A stretch of 64,000 nt of DNA, taken from the NCBI RefSeq assembly GCF_009914755.1, contig NC_060947.1; one strand, 5' to 3'. The DNA comes from the human T2T-CHM13v2.0 reference genome, Homo sapiens. Numbering within the stretch: position 1 is the stretch's first letter; every line of letters starts with the position of its first letter. The notes under the pieces were generated by a model. That model saw only the letters and a list, made by a program, of their open reading frames with translations. It did not search any database and was not told the DNA's origin. Positions 18,895 through 42,588 of the stretch are shown one piece after another. The translations under genes were made by a program, and so were the position numbers.

Positions 18895-19928
18895 TCAGAA
18901 TATAAATAATAATAGTAATAATAAAGTCAGGAAGGGAGAAGGAAACAATGTAAAAGTATTTTCCAGCTGGGCACAGTGGCTTACGCCTGTAATCCCAGCA
19001 CTTTGGGAGGCCGAGGCGGATGGATCACGAGGTCAGGAGTTCGAGACCAGCCTGGCCAATATGGTGAAACCCTGTCTCTATAAAAAATTCAAAATTAGCT
19101 GGCCGTGGTGGCGCACACATGCAGTACCAGCTGCTCAGGAGGCTGAGGCAGGAGAATCGCTCGAACCCAGGAAGCGGAGATTGCAGCGAGCCGAGATCGT
19201 GTCACTGCACTCCAGCCTGGGTGACAGAGTGAGACTCCGTCCCAAAAAAAAAATAATAAAAAAAAGTATTTTTCACCCTAACGTTAAAGAAAAAAACAGA
19301 AAGACTAGTGGGCTGTTACGTGAATGTGCTTAGTTTTTTGTTTGTTTTTGTTTTTTGTTTTTTTTTGAGACAGAGTCTCGCTCTTGTTGCCCAGGCTGGA
19401 GTGCAGTGGCCCAATCTCGGCTCACTGCAACCTCCACCTCCTGAGTTCAAGCTATTCTACTGCCTCAGCCTCCTGAGTAGCGGGGACTACAGGTGCCTGC
19501 CACCATGCCTGGCTAATTTTTGTAATTTTGTGGCCCCCAGCTCCACTTTTATGACTGCTCTTCAAATCCAAGTGTTGAAAGGTTCTCGTCCACGAGGCTG
19601 AGGCGGGAGAATCACTTGAACCCAAGGAGGCAGAGGTTGCAGTGAGGTGAGATCGCGCCATTGCACTCCAGCCTGGGCAACAGAGACTTCATCTCAAAAA
19701 AAAAAAAAAAAAGAGAGAGCGAGAGAAAGGTTCGTGTCTTTAGAAATGCTTTTCCAGGCCGGGCACGGTGGCTCACACCTTTAATCCTAACACTTTGGGA
19801 GGCTGCAGCAGGTGGATCACTTGAGGTCAGGAGTTCAAGACCAGCCTGACCAACATGGTGAAACCCTGTCTCTACCAAAAATCCAAAAATTAGCCGGGCA
19901 CGGTGGTGCACAACTGTAATCCCAGCTA

Positions 19929-20455
<527 letters not shown>

Positions 20456-20534
20456 TCAGAGGGCATCTGTAAGAACAGGACATCTTCATTTCAGGGTATC
20501 ACCTTCAATAAATCTGTCTCTTTCAATAATATAG

Positions 20535-20965
20535 GGGTACAGAGTCAGATATACAAAAGGTTTATTAGGGGCAACGCCTATAAAACATAAAAGGGAGAGG
20601 GAACAGGACCAGACAAGGAACACCTTTAGTTCGTGATGTAGGACTAAAACCTGAGAAAGGAGAGGGGCCAGGAAAGATATTTGGGTAGGAGGAGCCTTGG
20701 ACTGCAGTGCAGCTCTGAGAAAGCCTAGGCCTGCAAAACAGGGAGTGCTGGTGCAAAGATTGCCCTCCCGAAGAGTCCCATACTGGCCAGAAATGGTGAG
20801 CCCTTGTACCATGGCAGTGCCTGGCCTTTGCTTAGAGGCTGTCTGGGAAGCATGTAGCCTCAGCTTGAAAGCTGAGGCAGATCTTGACAGCTGTCCGCTA
20901 ACTCCACCCCTTGTGGCAGGTCTGCTGTAGGGAGATCTGAGTGGGACACCTCCATGGCTACCACG
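20535..20965 (-). mobile_element. LTR16-family LTR (ERVL)
   Basis: Minus strand GTGGTAGCCATGGAGGTGTCCCACTCAGATCTCCC...CCCCTAATAAACC resembles the LTR16A consensus as recalled. Confidence 0.65.
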
Positions 20966-22990
<2,025 letters not shown>

Positions 22991-23388
22991 CTGTTGAGCC
23001 CATGAGGCCTGAGAACCTGGGGAAAGCACTGGTGCAAGTCCCTGGAGCTGTGAGTGTCCCTAACATCTAATTGCAAACACAGCAGGCATTACTGCTCAAC
23101 CAGATACACTGAAGCTCTGTGCTTGGGGGCCAATCACCAAGTCAACATGCAGACTGCCAGTTCAGAAAAAGGACAGCAAGTTAGCAATTAATGTAAATGT
23201 CTACTGGATTAAAAACCCAGTTAAAAACAATATTGCTGGCCAGGCACAGTGGCTCATGCCTGTAATCCCAACACTTTGGGAGGCCAAGGCGAGTGGATTA
23301 CCTGAGGTCGGGAGTTCAAGACCAGCCTGACCAACATGGAGAAACCCCATCTCTACTAAAAATACCAAATTAGCCGGGTGTGGTGTCA

Positions 23389-23511
<123 letters not shown>

Positions 23512-23567
23512 TCAGTCTCAAAAAAATAAGAAATAAAAAAATATTGCTCCATAAACAGTTGCGCCTA

Positions 23568-23938
<371 letters not shown>

Positions 23939-24168
23939 TCATGTAACATTACCTGATTATCTGACCCCGCACCTTCTATTATCATTTGATTGGGGGTGGA
24001 GGTGAGGAAAGAAATGGGATCAAGACATGAAACAACTTCGCTAGACTCAGCTCAGAGATGATACAAACTTTACATTTCAGAGCTCTAAGAGACCTGGAAA
24101 ACTATCCTATTCCTTCTCTCCTCTCCTCATATACAAATGTTTTTATCAATTTTTTTACAACTTTTTTA

Positions 24169-24429
<261 letters not shown>

Positions 24430-24887
24430 TCAAAAGCCAAACAATGTTTTTAACAAGGAAAATATGACTTAGTGAACTTAAAAGACTTGCCTAAGGCCAT
24501 AGCGGAAGAGCAGAACTATAATCCAAGGCTCCTAAAAGCCAGCCAAGACATTTTTCAACCCCCTACATCATCTCTCAAGGACTATGAGTGTACACAACAG
24601 CAATTTGCATGGCTAAGCACATGTTATGAGAAAAGAGGACATATTTTCCAATTGGTAAATCAAGCTGCAACTTTTAGAAAAGAAAGATACAGTACAAAAA
24701 GAAAGAAAAAGGAATCAAACTTTTTACAATAATCAGTTAAGCAAGTTTTTTTATGATTTGAGGCAGAGATGAATCAGAAAATTCCACACTGGTCTCCCCA
24801 CTGACTCTGAGTGCTATTTTTATGGAAGTGACCTAAGATGCTTATAGTAATATAATAAGAGTCAAATGTTTCCTGGCAGCCAATCTA

Positions 24888-25216
<329 letters not shown>

Positions 25217-25372
25217 TCAAAAAAAAAAAAAAAAAAAAGAACAGGTTCAGCAAACCTGCCCCATAAAGTAGAAATGCCCTTTTGTAACCCTTTTTCCAGA
25301 AGCTCCCCATTCTTTAGGGCAGTTCTCTAGGGGTATTCTTGTTATTAAACATTTTTCTTCACATGGAGCTAA

Positions 25373-25673
<301 letters not shown>

Positions 25674-26248
25674 TGATCCACCCGCCTCGGCCTCCCAAAG
25701 TGCTGGGATTACAGGTGTGAGCCACCATGCCCGGCCTAGTCCCACTTTCTTGTGCAAGCCTTCAAGTTTAACTATTTGCCATTTTACTCCTTTCCTTCCA
25801 TTTTCTTGAGTTCAGGTTAAATGTTGCTTGTTCATTCAATGACACAGTGTGGTTTGCAGCCCTAAACCAGAGTAGTAGTCCTCCAAGGCTGTTTCAGACA
25901 TGTATTCTGCAAACACGAATGCAGGATGCTGCCATATGCCATTCCACGTGCCTGGGGGAGGATGTCCACCCCAACATTGTAATGAGAAAAAATAACTCCG
26001 CTTCTCAGTCCAGACATTGGGTAAATGTTAGCAGATGTGCAGAACAGGTGCATATTATTCCATACCCTCCCACCCCAATCCTCTATTCCACGGTCATCTC
26101 AACTCCTTGCCTCCCATGGCACTTGGGAGATTGAGGATTGATCAATCCCTGATTGTTACTGATGTCTGATGCCCAGCCTATAACTGACCTCACTACTTAC
26201 TTCCCTTCACTTGTGACTAATTATAGAAGCAGTTATATCAAGCAGGGC

Positions 26249-26413
26249 CAGGGTCAGGACCAGGGTGTGGCAAGTGAGGCATTTGCCTTGAATGCAAATT
26301 TGATTTTTCTAATATTCCATTGAAATATTATTTATCTTGATTATTGGGGTTTTCACCCCTTTAAATTCTGCACAGGTGAGTGTCTCACTTGCCTATTCTT
26401 AATCTTGGCCCTG
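26249..26413. mobile_element. hAT-type MITE (MER96-like) with degenerate terminal inverted repeats
   Basis: Left end cagggtcagg...ggcaagtgaggca pairs with right end tgtctcacttgcc...cttggccctg. Confidence 0.5.
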
Positions 26414-26919
26414 ATTCATGGTTGGATTGACCAGTGAGATCAAGAGCCAAGAGCTTGGACTAACGAAGAGGTCAGAGTTCATTTTGAGTGATAGCCCTCC
26501 TATTCAGCTAGAAGACAGATTTATCTGATTTCCCTTACCCCTCCCACACACAAAGAAATTGTTGGATTTCATCAGAGCAGGGACCATAGGTCCATATATC
26601 ACCTCCCACCAGAGTGCCAGCCCCTGATGTACCTTTCTGTCCTGTTCCAGGACTTAGATATCTAACTCGTGAACCACTAGGCAAGAAGAAGTCAGAATAC
26701 AAGAAAAATACTGACAGTTGAAGGCACCAATGTTGGAATCCTCCATTGCTGATGAGTGGGTTAGTCCCAAGGCCTTTTGGTTAAAAGTAATGAATTTTTC
26801 AAGTGAAAGGTAATAGGGCTGGTTACATTTGGGTTCAGCAAAGTCATAAAAGAATATCACCAGAAGCAACCCTCACTAGTCGGTTTGTTTTGTTGTTGTT
26901 GTTGTTGTTGTTGTTTTGA

Positions 26920-27138
<219 letters not shown>

Positions 27139-27364
27139 TGATCCACACGCCTCAAACTCCCAAAGTGCTGGGATTACAGGTATCAGCCACCATGCGCGCC
27201 CAGGCACTAGTTGGTATTTTTAAAAGGGGTTCCTATTGAATTTCTGTATTGTTGTTTAACATAATTAGTAAAAATCTGCCAGGGTAAAAATTACAGGATT
27301 GGGCCAGGCACAGTATCTTATGCCTGTAATCCCAGCACTTTGGGGGGCCGAGGTGGGCAGATCA

Positions 27365-27633
<269 letters not shown>

Positions 27634-27796
27634 CTAATTCCTTAAATAAGCACTAATCTTATTTAATACTCACAACAACTGTATGAGGTCAGTATTACCA
27701 TTTTATAGATAAGGAAATTGTGGTTTAGAGACATTAAGTAACTCTCCAAAAAGTCAAATGGCCAGCAATTGATGGCTAGCACACATTTACCAAACA

Positions 27797-27861
27797 TTAG
27801 GTTGGTGCAAAAGTAATTGCAGTTTTTGCCACTGAAAGTAATGGCAAAAAAAAAAAAAAAA
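27797..27861 (+). mobile_element. MADE1 (Hsmar1-derived MITE), right TIR lost and replaced by an A-run
   Basis: TTAGGTTGGTGCAAAAGTAATTGCAGTTTTTGCCA...TAATGGCAAAAA followed by an A-run. Confidence 0.8.
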
Positions 27862-27906
27862 GGAAGTACTGGCTATTATCAGATGTGTAATTAGTTGTGT
27901 CCTTCT

Positions 27907-27920
27907 CCACCAGAGGGCGC
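27907..27920 (+). promoter_or_regulatory. Intergenic CTCF consensus motif
   Basis: CCACCAGAGGGCGC in non-Alu sequence with several nearby CpGs retained. Confidence 0.7.
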
Positions 27921-28945
27921 AGTCCTGCACCCGAGACTTGTCACGAAAACCCGATAATGGGGTAGATCTGAAAGTAGGTTCATGACCCCAGTCATTGATA
28001 ACAGCAGTCACTGGTGGAATCAGGGGACTCTGCAGTCACAGGACTCAAACTTGGAAATGAGACATCATCTAGAAACCTAGATGATCACAGGGCCTCAAAT
28101 TGTAGTATTCAAGTTCCCCTTTCATGTACATATTCAGCATTTTCCAAGCCTTCAGACAAGATTTCTCCCTTTTGGTTTGTCTCCCCATGGGGACAAATGT
28201 ATTCTAATTTATTTTTACTCTGGTAAATTATAAAGTAATGAATGACAGATAGTTCTAACTTAATTGACGGGCTCCCCACCATATTGCAAATAAAATGACT
28301 TGAAAATTGTCATCTCAGAAGCCTATGTCTGCATTTAATTTTTGTAATCTAGGACTCTTTTCCACCTAAAGCCAATAAATAAGGAAACTGTATTTCCACT
28401 TCTTTCCACTGTACTTTGGCAAAAATAGATTCTGGACTTCTTACTACTATTTCATTGTGCCCTTTCAGGTGGATGTGAGTCTGTGTCATTTATTGGTTAC
28501 ATCCTTACACATGTATCATTCTTACCCATCTCTTAGTCCCGTCTACCATGGAAACAGTAGGTGATGACAGGATGGTAATAAGCATGAAATTCAAAACCAG
28601 AAAGGTGAGCTGATGCTGGAGCTACAGGGTCTTTACTATCTGCAACTGGAGTGGACCATTTCTGCTGTCTTGTCCTTGATATGACACTGACATGAAGATA
28701 CAGTAAGACTGAAAGTAAAGATTAGGAAAAACGCTTATCAGGTAAATACTTACAAAAATAAAGCTGTATTGGCTGGGCACGGTGGCTCACTCCTGTAATC
28801 CCAGCACTTTGGGAGGCCGAGGCAGGAAGATCACGAGGTCAGGAATTCAAGACCAGCCTGGCCAACACAGTGAAACCCCATCTCTACTAAAAATACAAAA
28901 ACTTAGTCGGGCGTAGTGGCGGGCGCCTGTAATCCCAGCTACTCA

Positions 28946-29095
<150 letters not shown>

Positions 29096-29419
29096 TTAAT
29101 TAGCCAGGGTGATGGTATGCGCCTGTAGTCCCAGCTACTCGGGAGGCTAAGGCAGAGGATCACTTGTGCCCAGGAGATCAAGGCTGCAGTGAGCTGTGAT
29201 CACACCACTGCACTCCAGCCTGGGTGACAGAGCAAGACCCTTTCTCAAAAAAATAAATAAATAAATAAACAATAACATATAAAATTTAAAAATATAAAAC
29301 TGGCTGGGCGCGGTGGCTCACGCCTGTAATCCCAGCACTTTAGGAGGCCAAGATGAGATCACCTGAGGTCAGGAGTTCAAGACCAGCCTGGCCAACATGG
29401 TGAAACCCCATCTCTACTA

Positions 29420-29646
<227 letters not shown>

Positions 29647-29771
29647 CTAAAGATAAAGAGGCACAAACATGATAAAAGGAAAAATTCACCATGAAAATAT
29701 TAGTATAAAAACTTTGAACTTGCTTGTACCCAATAACATAGTCTCAGTTAAAAATGCATTGATAAATTTGA

Positions 29772-29945
<174 letters not shown>

Positions 29946-30064
29946 TAGTAGAGATAGGATCTGCCATGTTGCCCAGGCTGGTCTCAAACTCCTGGACTCA
30001 AGGGATCCTCCCACCTCGGCCTTCCAAGTGCTGCGATTACAGGCATGAGCCACTGCACCTGGCC

Positions 30065-31237
<1,173 letters not shown>

Positions 31238-31238
31238 T

Positions 31239-31293
31239 CAAGAAAGAAAGAAGAAAGAAAGAGGGAAGGAAAGAAAGAAAGTAGAAAGAAAAA

Positions 31294-31341
<48 letters not shown>

Positions 31342-31402
31342 GAGAAAGAAAGAGAGAGAGAAAGAAAGAGGGAGGGAGGGAGGGAGGAGAAAGAAAGAGA
31401 AA
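31239..31402. repeat. (GAAA)n/(GGGA)n purine tract grown from an Alu tail
   Basis: About 160 nt of almost pure purine. Confidence 0.95.
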
Positions 31403-31750
31403 ACAAATCTAAATGTCCGTCAACAGGAATTTTTTTTAACTTTGAATGCTCCAAGGAATGATTTTTAATCCAATTAATTCATAATGCATTGCCAAATCAG
31501 TTTCAAGGTCAGTACTCCTTCCTTGGATAGATTTCAAATGCTTGTAATTTAATATTTGCATCTTGTATCCCTTTCACATATATGAATACGTGTAAACACT
31601 CTAAATAAGGGAAAGGCTACCCTGAGCAGTTGGTGTCATTAACTGGAAAAAGCTGTGTGGCTCTTTGTCTCCCACAGTGGCTCACAGGATTGAAATGCCT
31701 TGTTGAGTTTACCATGGTTCAGATACTGGCCCTCCGATATGCTAGTCTGA

Positions 31751-32022
<272 letters not shown>

Positions 32023-32025
32023 TAG

Positions 32026-32641
<616 letters not shown>

Positions 32642-32997
32642 TGACCAGGCTGGTCTCGAACTTCTGACCTCAAATGATCCACCCGCCTCGGCCTCCCAAA
32701 GTGCTGGGATTACAGACATGAGCCACCACACCCGGCCTGGCCTCAATTTTTTAATTTATAATGAGATGTGGGTCTGCTTGAGGGTCATGAGAAGCCCAAT
32801 TATAACTAGAAGATTTATTGATGAACATGAAATCAGTTGCATTCAGCTAAGATACATTCACAAGAATGTAAACACCATGATGGTAAAGATTTGTCTGATT
32901 TTTCTACTGTTATAATTCCAGAGATTTTAATAGTACCTGACACAGTAAAAAAAATCTGTTAAACAAATGAATGAATAAAGACAGACTGATGTATCTA

Positions 32998-33252
<255 letters not shown>

Positions 33253-33470
33253 TCAAAATAAATAAATAAATATAAATATATATATATATACAGATCCCTG
33301 TCTCAAGATTCAGCCACTAAAGTTCTTGCATCAGGGTATTCTTGTGCCCACTGCAGTACCAGCTTGAGTGGTGCCAATTTGCTAATTTTGGCCTTTGAGG
33401 TTCTTCTTTTTCTGTGTGTCCAGGACTGAACCTAATAAAACCTTTAGTTGCCTACCCTAAGCCATTCCCT

Positions 33471-33516
<46 letters not shown>

Positions 33517-33523
33517 AGACTGA

Positions 33524-33625
<102 letters not shown>

Positions 33626-33632
33626 TAGCTAG

Positions 33633-33806
<174 letters not shown>

Positions 33807-33944
33807 TAATTTTTTGTATTTTTAGTATAGACGAGGTTTCACCATGTTGGCCAGGCTAATTTTGAACTCCTGACCTCAAGTGATCCACTCGCCTCAGCCT
33901 CCCAAAGTGCTAGGATTACAGGTGTGAGCCACTGTGCCCGGCCA

Positions 33945-34815
<871 letters not shown>

Positions 34816-35395
34816 ATTCCAAATGTAGAATAAGAATTACAAAATTGAGAATTGTGTTGCACTAATATATATTACAGAAGGTAAATAAAGAGTGCTTAAC
34901 TACTATTCACAGGTCCTTAAATTTGTTTTTTGTTTTTTGGTTTTTGGTTTTTTTTTGAGATGGAATCTTGCTCTGTTGCCCAGGCTGGAGTGCAGTGGCA
35001 TGATCTTGGCTCATTGCAAGCTCCACCTCCAGGGTTCATGCCATTCTCCTGTCTCAGCCTCCTGAGTAGCTAGGACTGCAGGTGCCCGCCACCACACCGG
35101 GCTAATTTTTTTTGTATTTTTTAGTAGAGACGGGGTTTCAACGTGTTAGCCAGGATGGTCTCGATCTCCTGACCTCATGATCCGACCGCCTCGGCCTCCC
35201 AAAGTGCTGGGATTACAGGCATGAGCCACCGCGCCCAGCCCTATTTTTGTTTTTAACCATGGCTTCAGAGACTAGGTACTGAAAGAAAGTTTGGGAAAAT
35301 TTAGCAACAAATAGGTTTCTGACATTTTTTTTAAAAAAGGAAAAAAAATAGAAAGTCTGGGAAATGGTTATGTCTGCTGTCCTGTCCAGATTCTA

Positions 35396-35854
<459 letters not shown>

Positions 35855-36781
35855 TTAAAAAAAAATCTCCAAGTGTAGATTATAGTTGAATGCTATTTAG
35901 GTCCTGAATAAGGTCCACTTCTAAAGTGAGACAGACTTGTAAATAATTTACCCAGATGATGTGTTCTGGATTGAACCCTGTTCACAAGGTGTCTGGCCAG
36001 GCAGATAAAATGCTCCAAGCAAAGTGCAGTGGGGTTTACAATACTGATTATCCATACTCTAATGATTCCTGATTCTATGACTATTGAGCCATACCTCATT
36101 GGTTGGCAAACAAGAATCATTACACATTTATTATTCGTGAGGAAGGTCAATGCTTCATGCCAAAGGTCAATGAATAAGAGAATGGTCCTGTGTAAGGGCA
36201 GGATAAAACAACTTTAGGGCACCATTAGGCCATTCGCAGCTGTTCTTCCTAACCCAAAAATAGTTGGGATCCTTATATCGCCAGGTAGCCAGAAAGGAAC
36301 AAACATTTAGAGGGTGCCTGTTATATTCTAGGCACTCTACAAAGGGCTTTACAACATCATTTAGTATTTACAACCCTAGGAGGAGGAAGCTATTATTATT
36401 CACTTCATTTTACACATAATCACACTCAAATTCAAGTACCTTGTCTAAACTCACACAGCTGGTAACTGGCAGCACGGACATTTGCATCTAAATGTGCCTG
36501 GCCAAAAAAACAAAAAAACCTGCTTTTTCCACCACACAAGTACACTTAGCTCCACTTTCCTAAAAGGACTCACTGAGTCAACTACCCTTTGGCACCATGG
36601 CAAAAGGCTGGCATTCTCTAAGTCACTTGCATGGATGGGAAAATCCATAATCCCTGTCTGAGGATAAGTGTGTATTCTATCTATGAGGCAAGAACATAAA
36701 TGAAGAGATGTGGACCATTTTTTTAAAATGAAGGCAAGTTTAGTTTGTTTGTTTTTGTTTTTGTTTTATTTTGTTTTTTAG

Positions 36782-36964
<183 letters not shown>

Positions 36965-37515
36965 TGACCAGGCTGGTCTTGAACTCCTGACCTCAAGTGA
37001 TCTGCCCACCTCCACCTCCCGAAGTGTTGGGATTACAGGCATGAGTCACCACACCCAGCCGTGAAAGCAAGTCTATTAGGAAAGTAAAGGAATAAAGAAT
37101 GGCTACTCCACAGGTAGAGCAGCCAGTAGACCATTTTCAAAGCATTGGGACAGCTCTCACCTCAGAAAGAAATGATGGTATTGCGGTGCCTCAGCTCTAC
37201 CAACTAGATTCACCAACCAGTGAGCTCTGCCTCAATCATCGTAGAATCAGGAATCATCATCTCGGAGTCATTCTGAGATGATTCATCATAGAATTGGGAA
37301 TCATCTCAGAGTCATTATCAGAGTCTCAGATCATCAGTATTATAATCCCTATTGCACTTTTCTTGAAGCATTTTACCTTCCTGACCGGACACCATCTGTT
37401 CCTGTGAGTAGAAAAATCCTACGGTCTCTGCAATTCTCCTTCTGTGAAGAGGCCTGGATGGAGGCAGCTTCCTGCAGCCTCTCAGGGTGGCAGGGATCTC
37501 CTAGCAGGTTGATTG

Positions 37516-39133
37516 TGTCACGGGATCCTTCAGGTGTTGCTTTTCCAGCTAGAAAGCTCTGTGACCAGTGGTGCCTTTGCCTGAGTTTTGATCAGGCCCG
37601 CCAGACTTGTTCCACTGACGTGGCCTGGCAGGCTGTGCTCAGCTCATGCTACCAGCCAGGATTCCACGCCTGCCGAGGGTGAGCCAGGCACGGAACAGCG
37701 AGGGGTGTGCAGGCGAGCGAACGCAGGGTCTGGCCACTGCGCAGAGCCGGACACACCAGCTGCTGCAGCTGGGCAGGCAGCTCCAGGCGCCGGCAAAGGT
37801 GCCGGTTCTATGCAAGTCTGCAGCTGGATCTGATGAACCACAAGCGGCTTCTGCTGTGGGCACCTGTGTCTGGACAAGGGGAATGCAGTGGTGCCCGGAA
37901 GTTTGAAGATACCAGAAACCGCAGAGCCCCAAAGAGGGTGTCACAGCCCTGGCTCAGGGAGCCCCTAGGTCTGTGCTCCCTGAAGGGCCACAGCACTTCT
38001 CTCCTTCACATCACCCGCAACATGGCAAGTCGCGGGGGTGTGGGGACGGGAGGAGGGCGTGTTTCAGCCCTGTTTGTGTTACTGCTCTTTCAGTCCCGCC
38101 ATTCAGTGGGTCCTGAGTTCTCGTCCCACATCCAGGAAGAATGAGGTACGCGGACAACTAGAGGGTGAGCAAGGCGGAGAGGAGCCTTATCGAGTGACAG
38201 AACAGCTCTCGGGAAACTTGAAGTGGGTAGCTCCTTTCCGCAGGCAGGTTGTCCCAGTAAGTGTCCAGCTCTCAGTGGAGAAGAGACCCAGAGTGGGTAG
38301 CTCCCTTCTTCAGGCAGGTTGTCTTGATGAGTCGAGGAGACCTGAATTGGGTAGCTCCTTCCCACAGCTGGTAGTCCCAGCGTCTGTGTGAGTCTGGCTA
38401 GGCTCAGAAGGGAGGAAGTGCATGCTGATTGGCCCATGGGTGGCCATGGGCTGACCCGGAAAAATCACCATAAGTTCTCACTCCGGGCCACAGACTTCAC
38501 CCGGGACTGACAGCCTAGCCCCTGGGCTTCAGGCCTCCCTGGCTTGATGGTGGGGCTTTACCGGGGACCCACCTCTTTCCGCCCAGGAGCCTGTCTGCCT
38601 CCTGCCACCATCAATCATGTCATCCACAGCGCCCAGGCTGTTCCTGCAGAGGAGTACCGGCAGCCCGCACCGAGTGCCCTCAGCTCCCCCACCCCACGCC
38701 GCCAGCCTCTCTCCTGTGCTTCTCAGTGCCCAAAGCCTAGAGGGGGCCAGGGTGGCAGGGGGCTGGCATGTCAGCGGCGCCCCAGGCGCACGCACACCCA
38801 GCTGGGTCTAGACAGCGCTTGGCCTCAGCCACAACTTTGCTCCACCCCAGAGTGGGCTCCAGGAGCAAGGAGAGGCCAGGCAGCAGGAGCAGGCACTTCC
38901 AAGCCTGCGGGTCAGGGGGTCTTCCCAGCCCCCGAGAGCACAGGGATGTCCAGGTCTGCAGCTGTGGCTGGGTGGTTGCAGCTGTGCCGGAAAGCGTGGG
39001 GCTCCCACCCGGCCAACTCAGAAGAGGGTGGGGCTCCGGCCAGCTCCACGGAGCACGCAGCCCCCACCGTGCCTCCCACACTACAGCTGGCATCTTCACA
39101 GTAGCCGCTCCAGACAGGCCACTGCTGCCATCA
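37516..39133 (-). mobile_element. MER52-family solo LTR (ERV1)
   Basis: TG...CA termini; minus strand begins TGATGGCAGCAGTGGCCTGTCTGGAGCGG; 4-bp TSD attg on both sides; GC-rich with internal gggtagctcc repeats. Confidence 0.85.
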
Positions 39134-39338
39134 ATTGTTTACTTGTCTTAAACTGCAGGTGTTCATAACCCATATTGCAGAGCTCTACTTATCAGTCCTA
39201 TTCTTGTGATTGGGGACAGGGATGCAAAGCAGAGGAGAAAGGCTTACGAAGAGGAAGAGGTTGAGGAGACTGGAACTGTCAAGAGCACTCCCTGTGGTAA
39301 TTAAAACAAGACGTGTGCTAGTGAAACTTAATTTGTAA

Positions 39339-39911
<573 letters not shown>

Positions 39912-40138
39912 TGATCTGCCCACCTCGCCTCCCAAAGTGCTGGGACTACAGGCGTGAGCCACCGCACCCGGCCACGTCTGTTTTTTTTATTTACCATTTC
40001 TGCCAGAAAATCTATGAGGGTCATAATTGCACAGTAGTACAGTAAAAGATTTCTTGACTTCAAAGTCAGTAAACCAGCCAGGCATGGTGGCTCACGCCTG
40101 TAATCCCAGCACTTTGGCAGGCAGAGGCAGGCAGATCA

Positions 40139-40572
<434 letters not shown>

Positions 40573-41214
40573 TAGCTGGGATTACAGGCATGTGCCACTA
40601 TGTCCGGCTAATTTTTTGTATTTTTAGTAGAGACGGGGTTTTTCCATGTTGGTCAGCCTGGTCTCGAACTCCCGACCTCGGGTGATTCGTCCGCCTCGGT
40701 CTCCCACAGTGCTGGGATTATAGGCATGAGCCACTGCGCCTGGCCTTTTTAATGAGGTTTCTAGTCAACTATCTGCCACTTTCTAGCTGGGTGACCTGGG
40801 ACAATTACTTTACCTTCTCTGGGCTTCAGTTTTCTTAGCTTTTAGATGAGGAATGTGGAATACAGAATTACTTTCTATGCTTCTAAGATGACAGAAATCT
40901 CAACAATAGAGGATGTAAGGCTTTGAAGAAAACCCTTATACTTCTAGATCATATTCATCCAGACCAGTTTTATTTAAACGGCTGGTTTTATTCCTAGTTT
41001 TCCCTGACGCTCTAGAATGGAAATGTACAATTAATCTCTCCTTTTTGGAGTACAACAAATATTTTCTAATTTAATAGACTCCAGATAAGAAAGCAGGACA
41101 CACATAAAAAATAAGTAACAACACATGGTAATTAAGATTAAATGAGGCCAGGGCCGGGCGCGGTGGCTCACACCTGTAATCCCAGCACTTTGGGACACCG
41201 AGGCGGGAGGATCA

Positions 41215-41504
<290 letters not shown>

Positions 41505-42058
41505 TCACAATAGGCACAAAGAAATGGAAGAAATGCTGGTTGCATATTTTGTTTTCCCTCTGCTGTAGTACCCTCCTATAATTAATCTCATAAGGAGACC
41601 CTAAAATGTACTACACTTCTCTCAGTCCTATGGTTCTGGGTCCCCTTTTGATCTTCTTGCACCCTTCCCCTACCTCCATCATCCTCCCAAAAGGAATGAC
41701 TCACCCCAACATCCTCCACCTTCAGAATGAGTTTTCAGGTAATAACTTCTGTTGTTGCCAGCAGACTATGCCAAACATTCACTTGCACCAGGGCCAGAAC
41801 ATTGGTCTGTTCCTTGTTCCTCAGGCCAGAGGCTGTTTGGGTGCAGGGTACTCTCGCGTTTCCTTCTTTGAAGCATCCTCTATTTTCCTGGATTCACTGT
41901 TAACATTTAGTTGCCAGTTGACAAATGGTACAAAGGTTGGTAAGCTGGATTTTGAACTTTAAAATCTACTGCATGTACCCAGAGGCCACAGAGAAAAGAG
42001 GGGGTGTCTTATGCTTTGTGCACTAACAGGCAATTATTTACTATGATCTTCTTACTGA

Positions 42059-42310
<252 letters not shown>

Positions 42311-42588
42311 TGAGATGGAGTCTCGCTCTGTCACCCAGGCTGGAGAGCCATGGTCTCGGCTCACTGCAAGCTCCTCCTCCCAGGTTGAAGTGATTATCAG
42401 CCTCCCTAGTAGCTGGGATTACAGGTATGCACCACTACACCCAGCTAATTTTTGTGTTTATAGTGGTTACAGGGTTTCGCCATGTTGGCCAGGCTTGTCT
42501 CCAACTGACCTCAAGTGATCCACCAACCTGGGCCTCCCAAAGTGCTGGGATTAAAGGCGTGAGCCATGGCGCCCACTCAAAAGTTGAT

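Noticed and set aside
19530-19595. Apparent foreign insert between inverted Alu halves
   Set aside because: gaaaggttc..gtc recurs at ~19577 and ~19725 as a degenerate TSD. The right Alu is an independent truncated insertion and the spacer is ordinary flank.
37588-39151. Many overlapping ORFs in a GC-rich block resembling a CpG-island gene
   Set aside because: All lie within the MER52 LTR, where high GC lowers stop-codon frequency.
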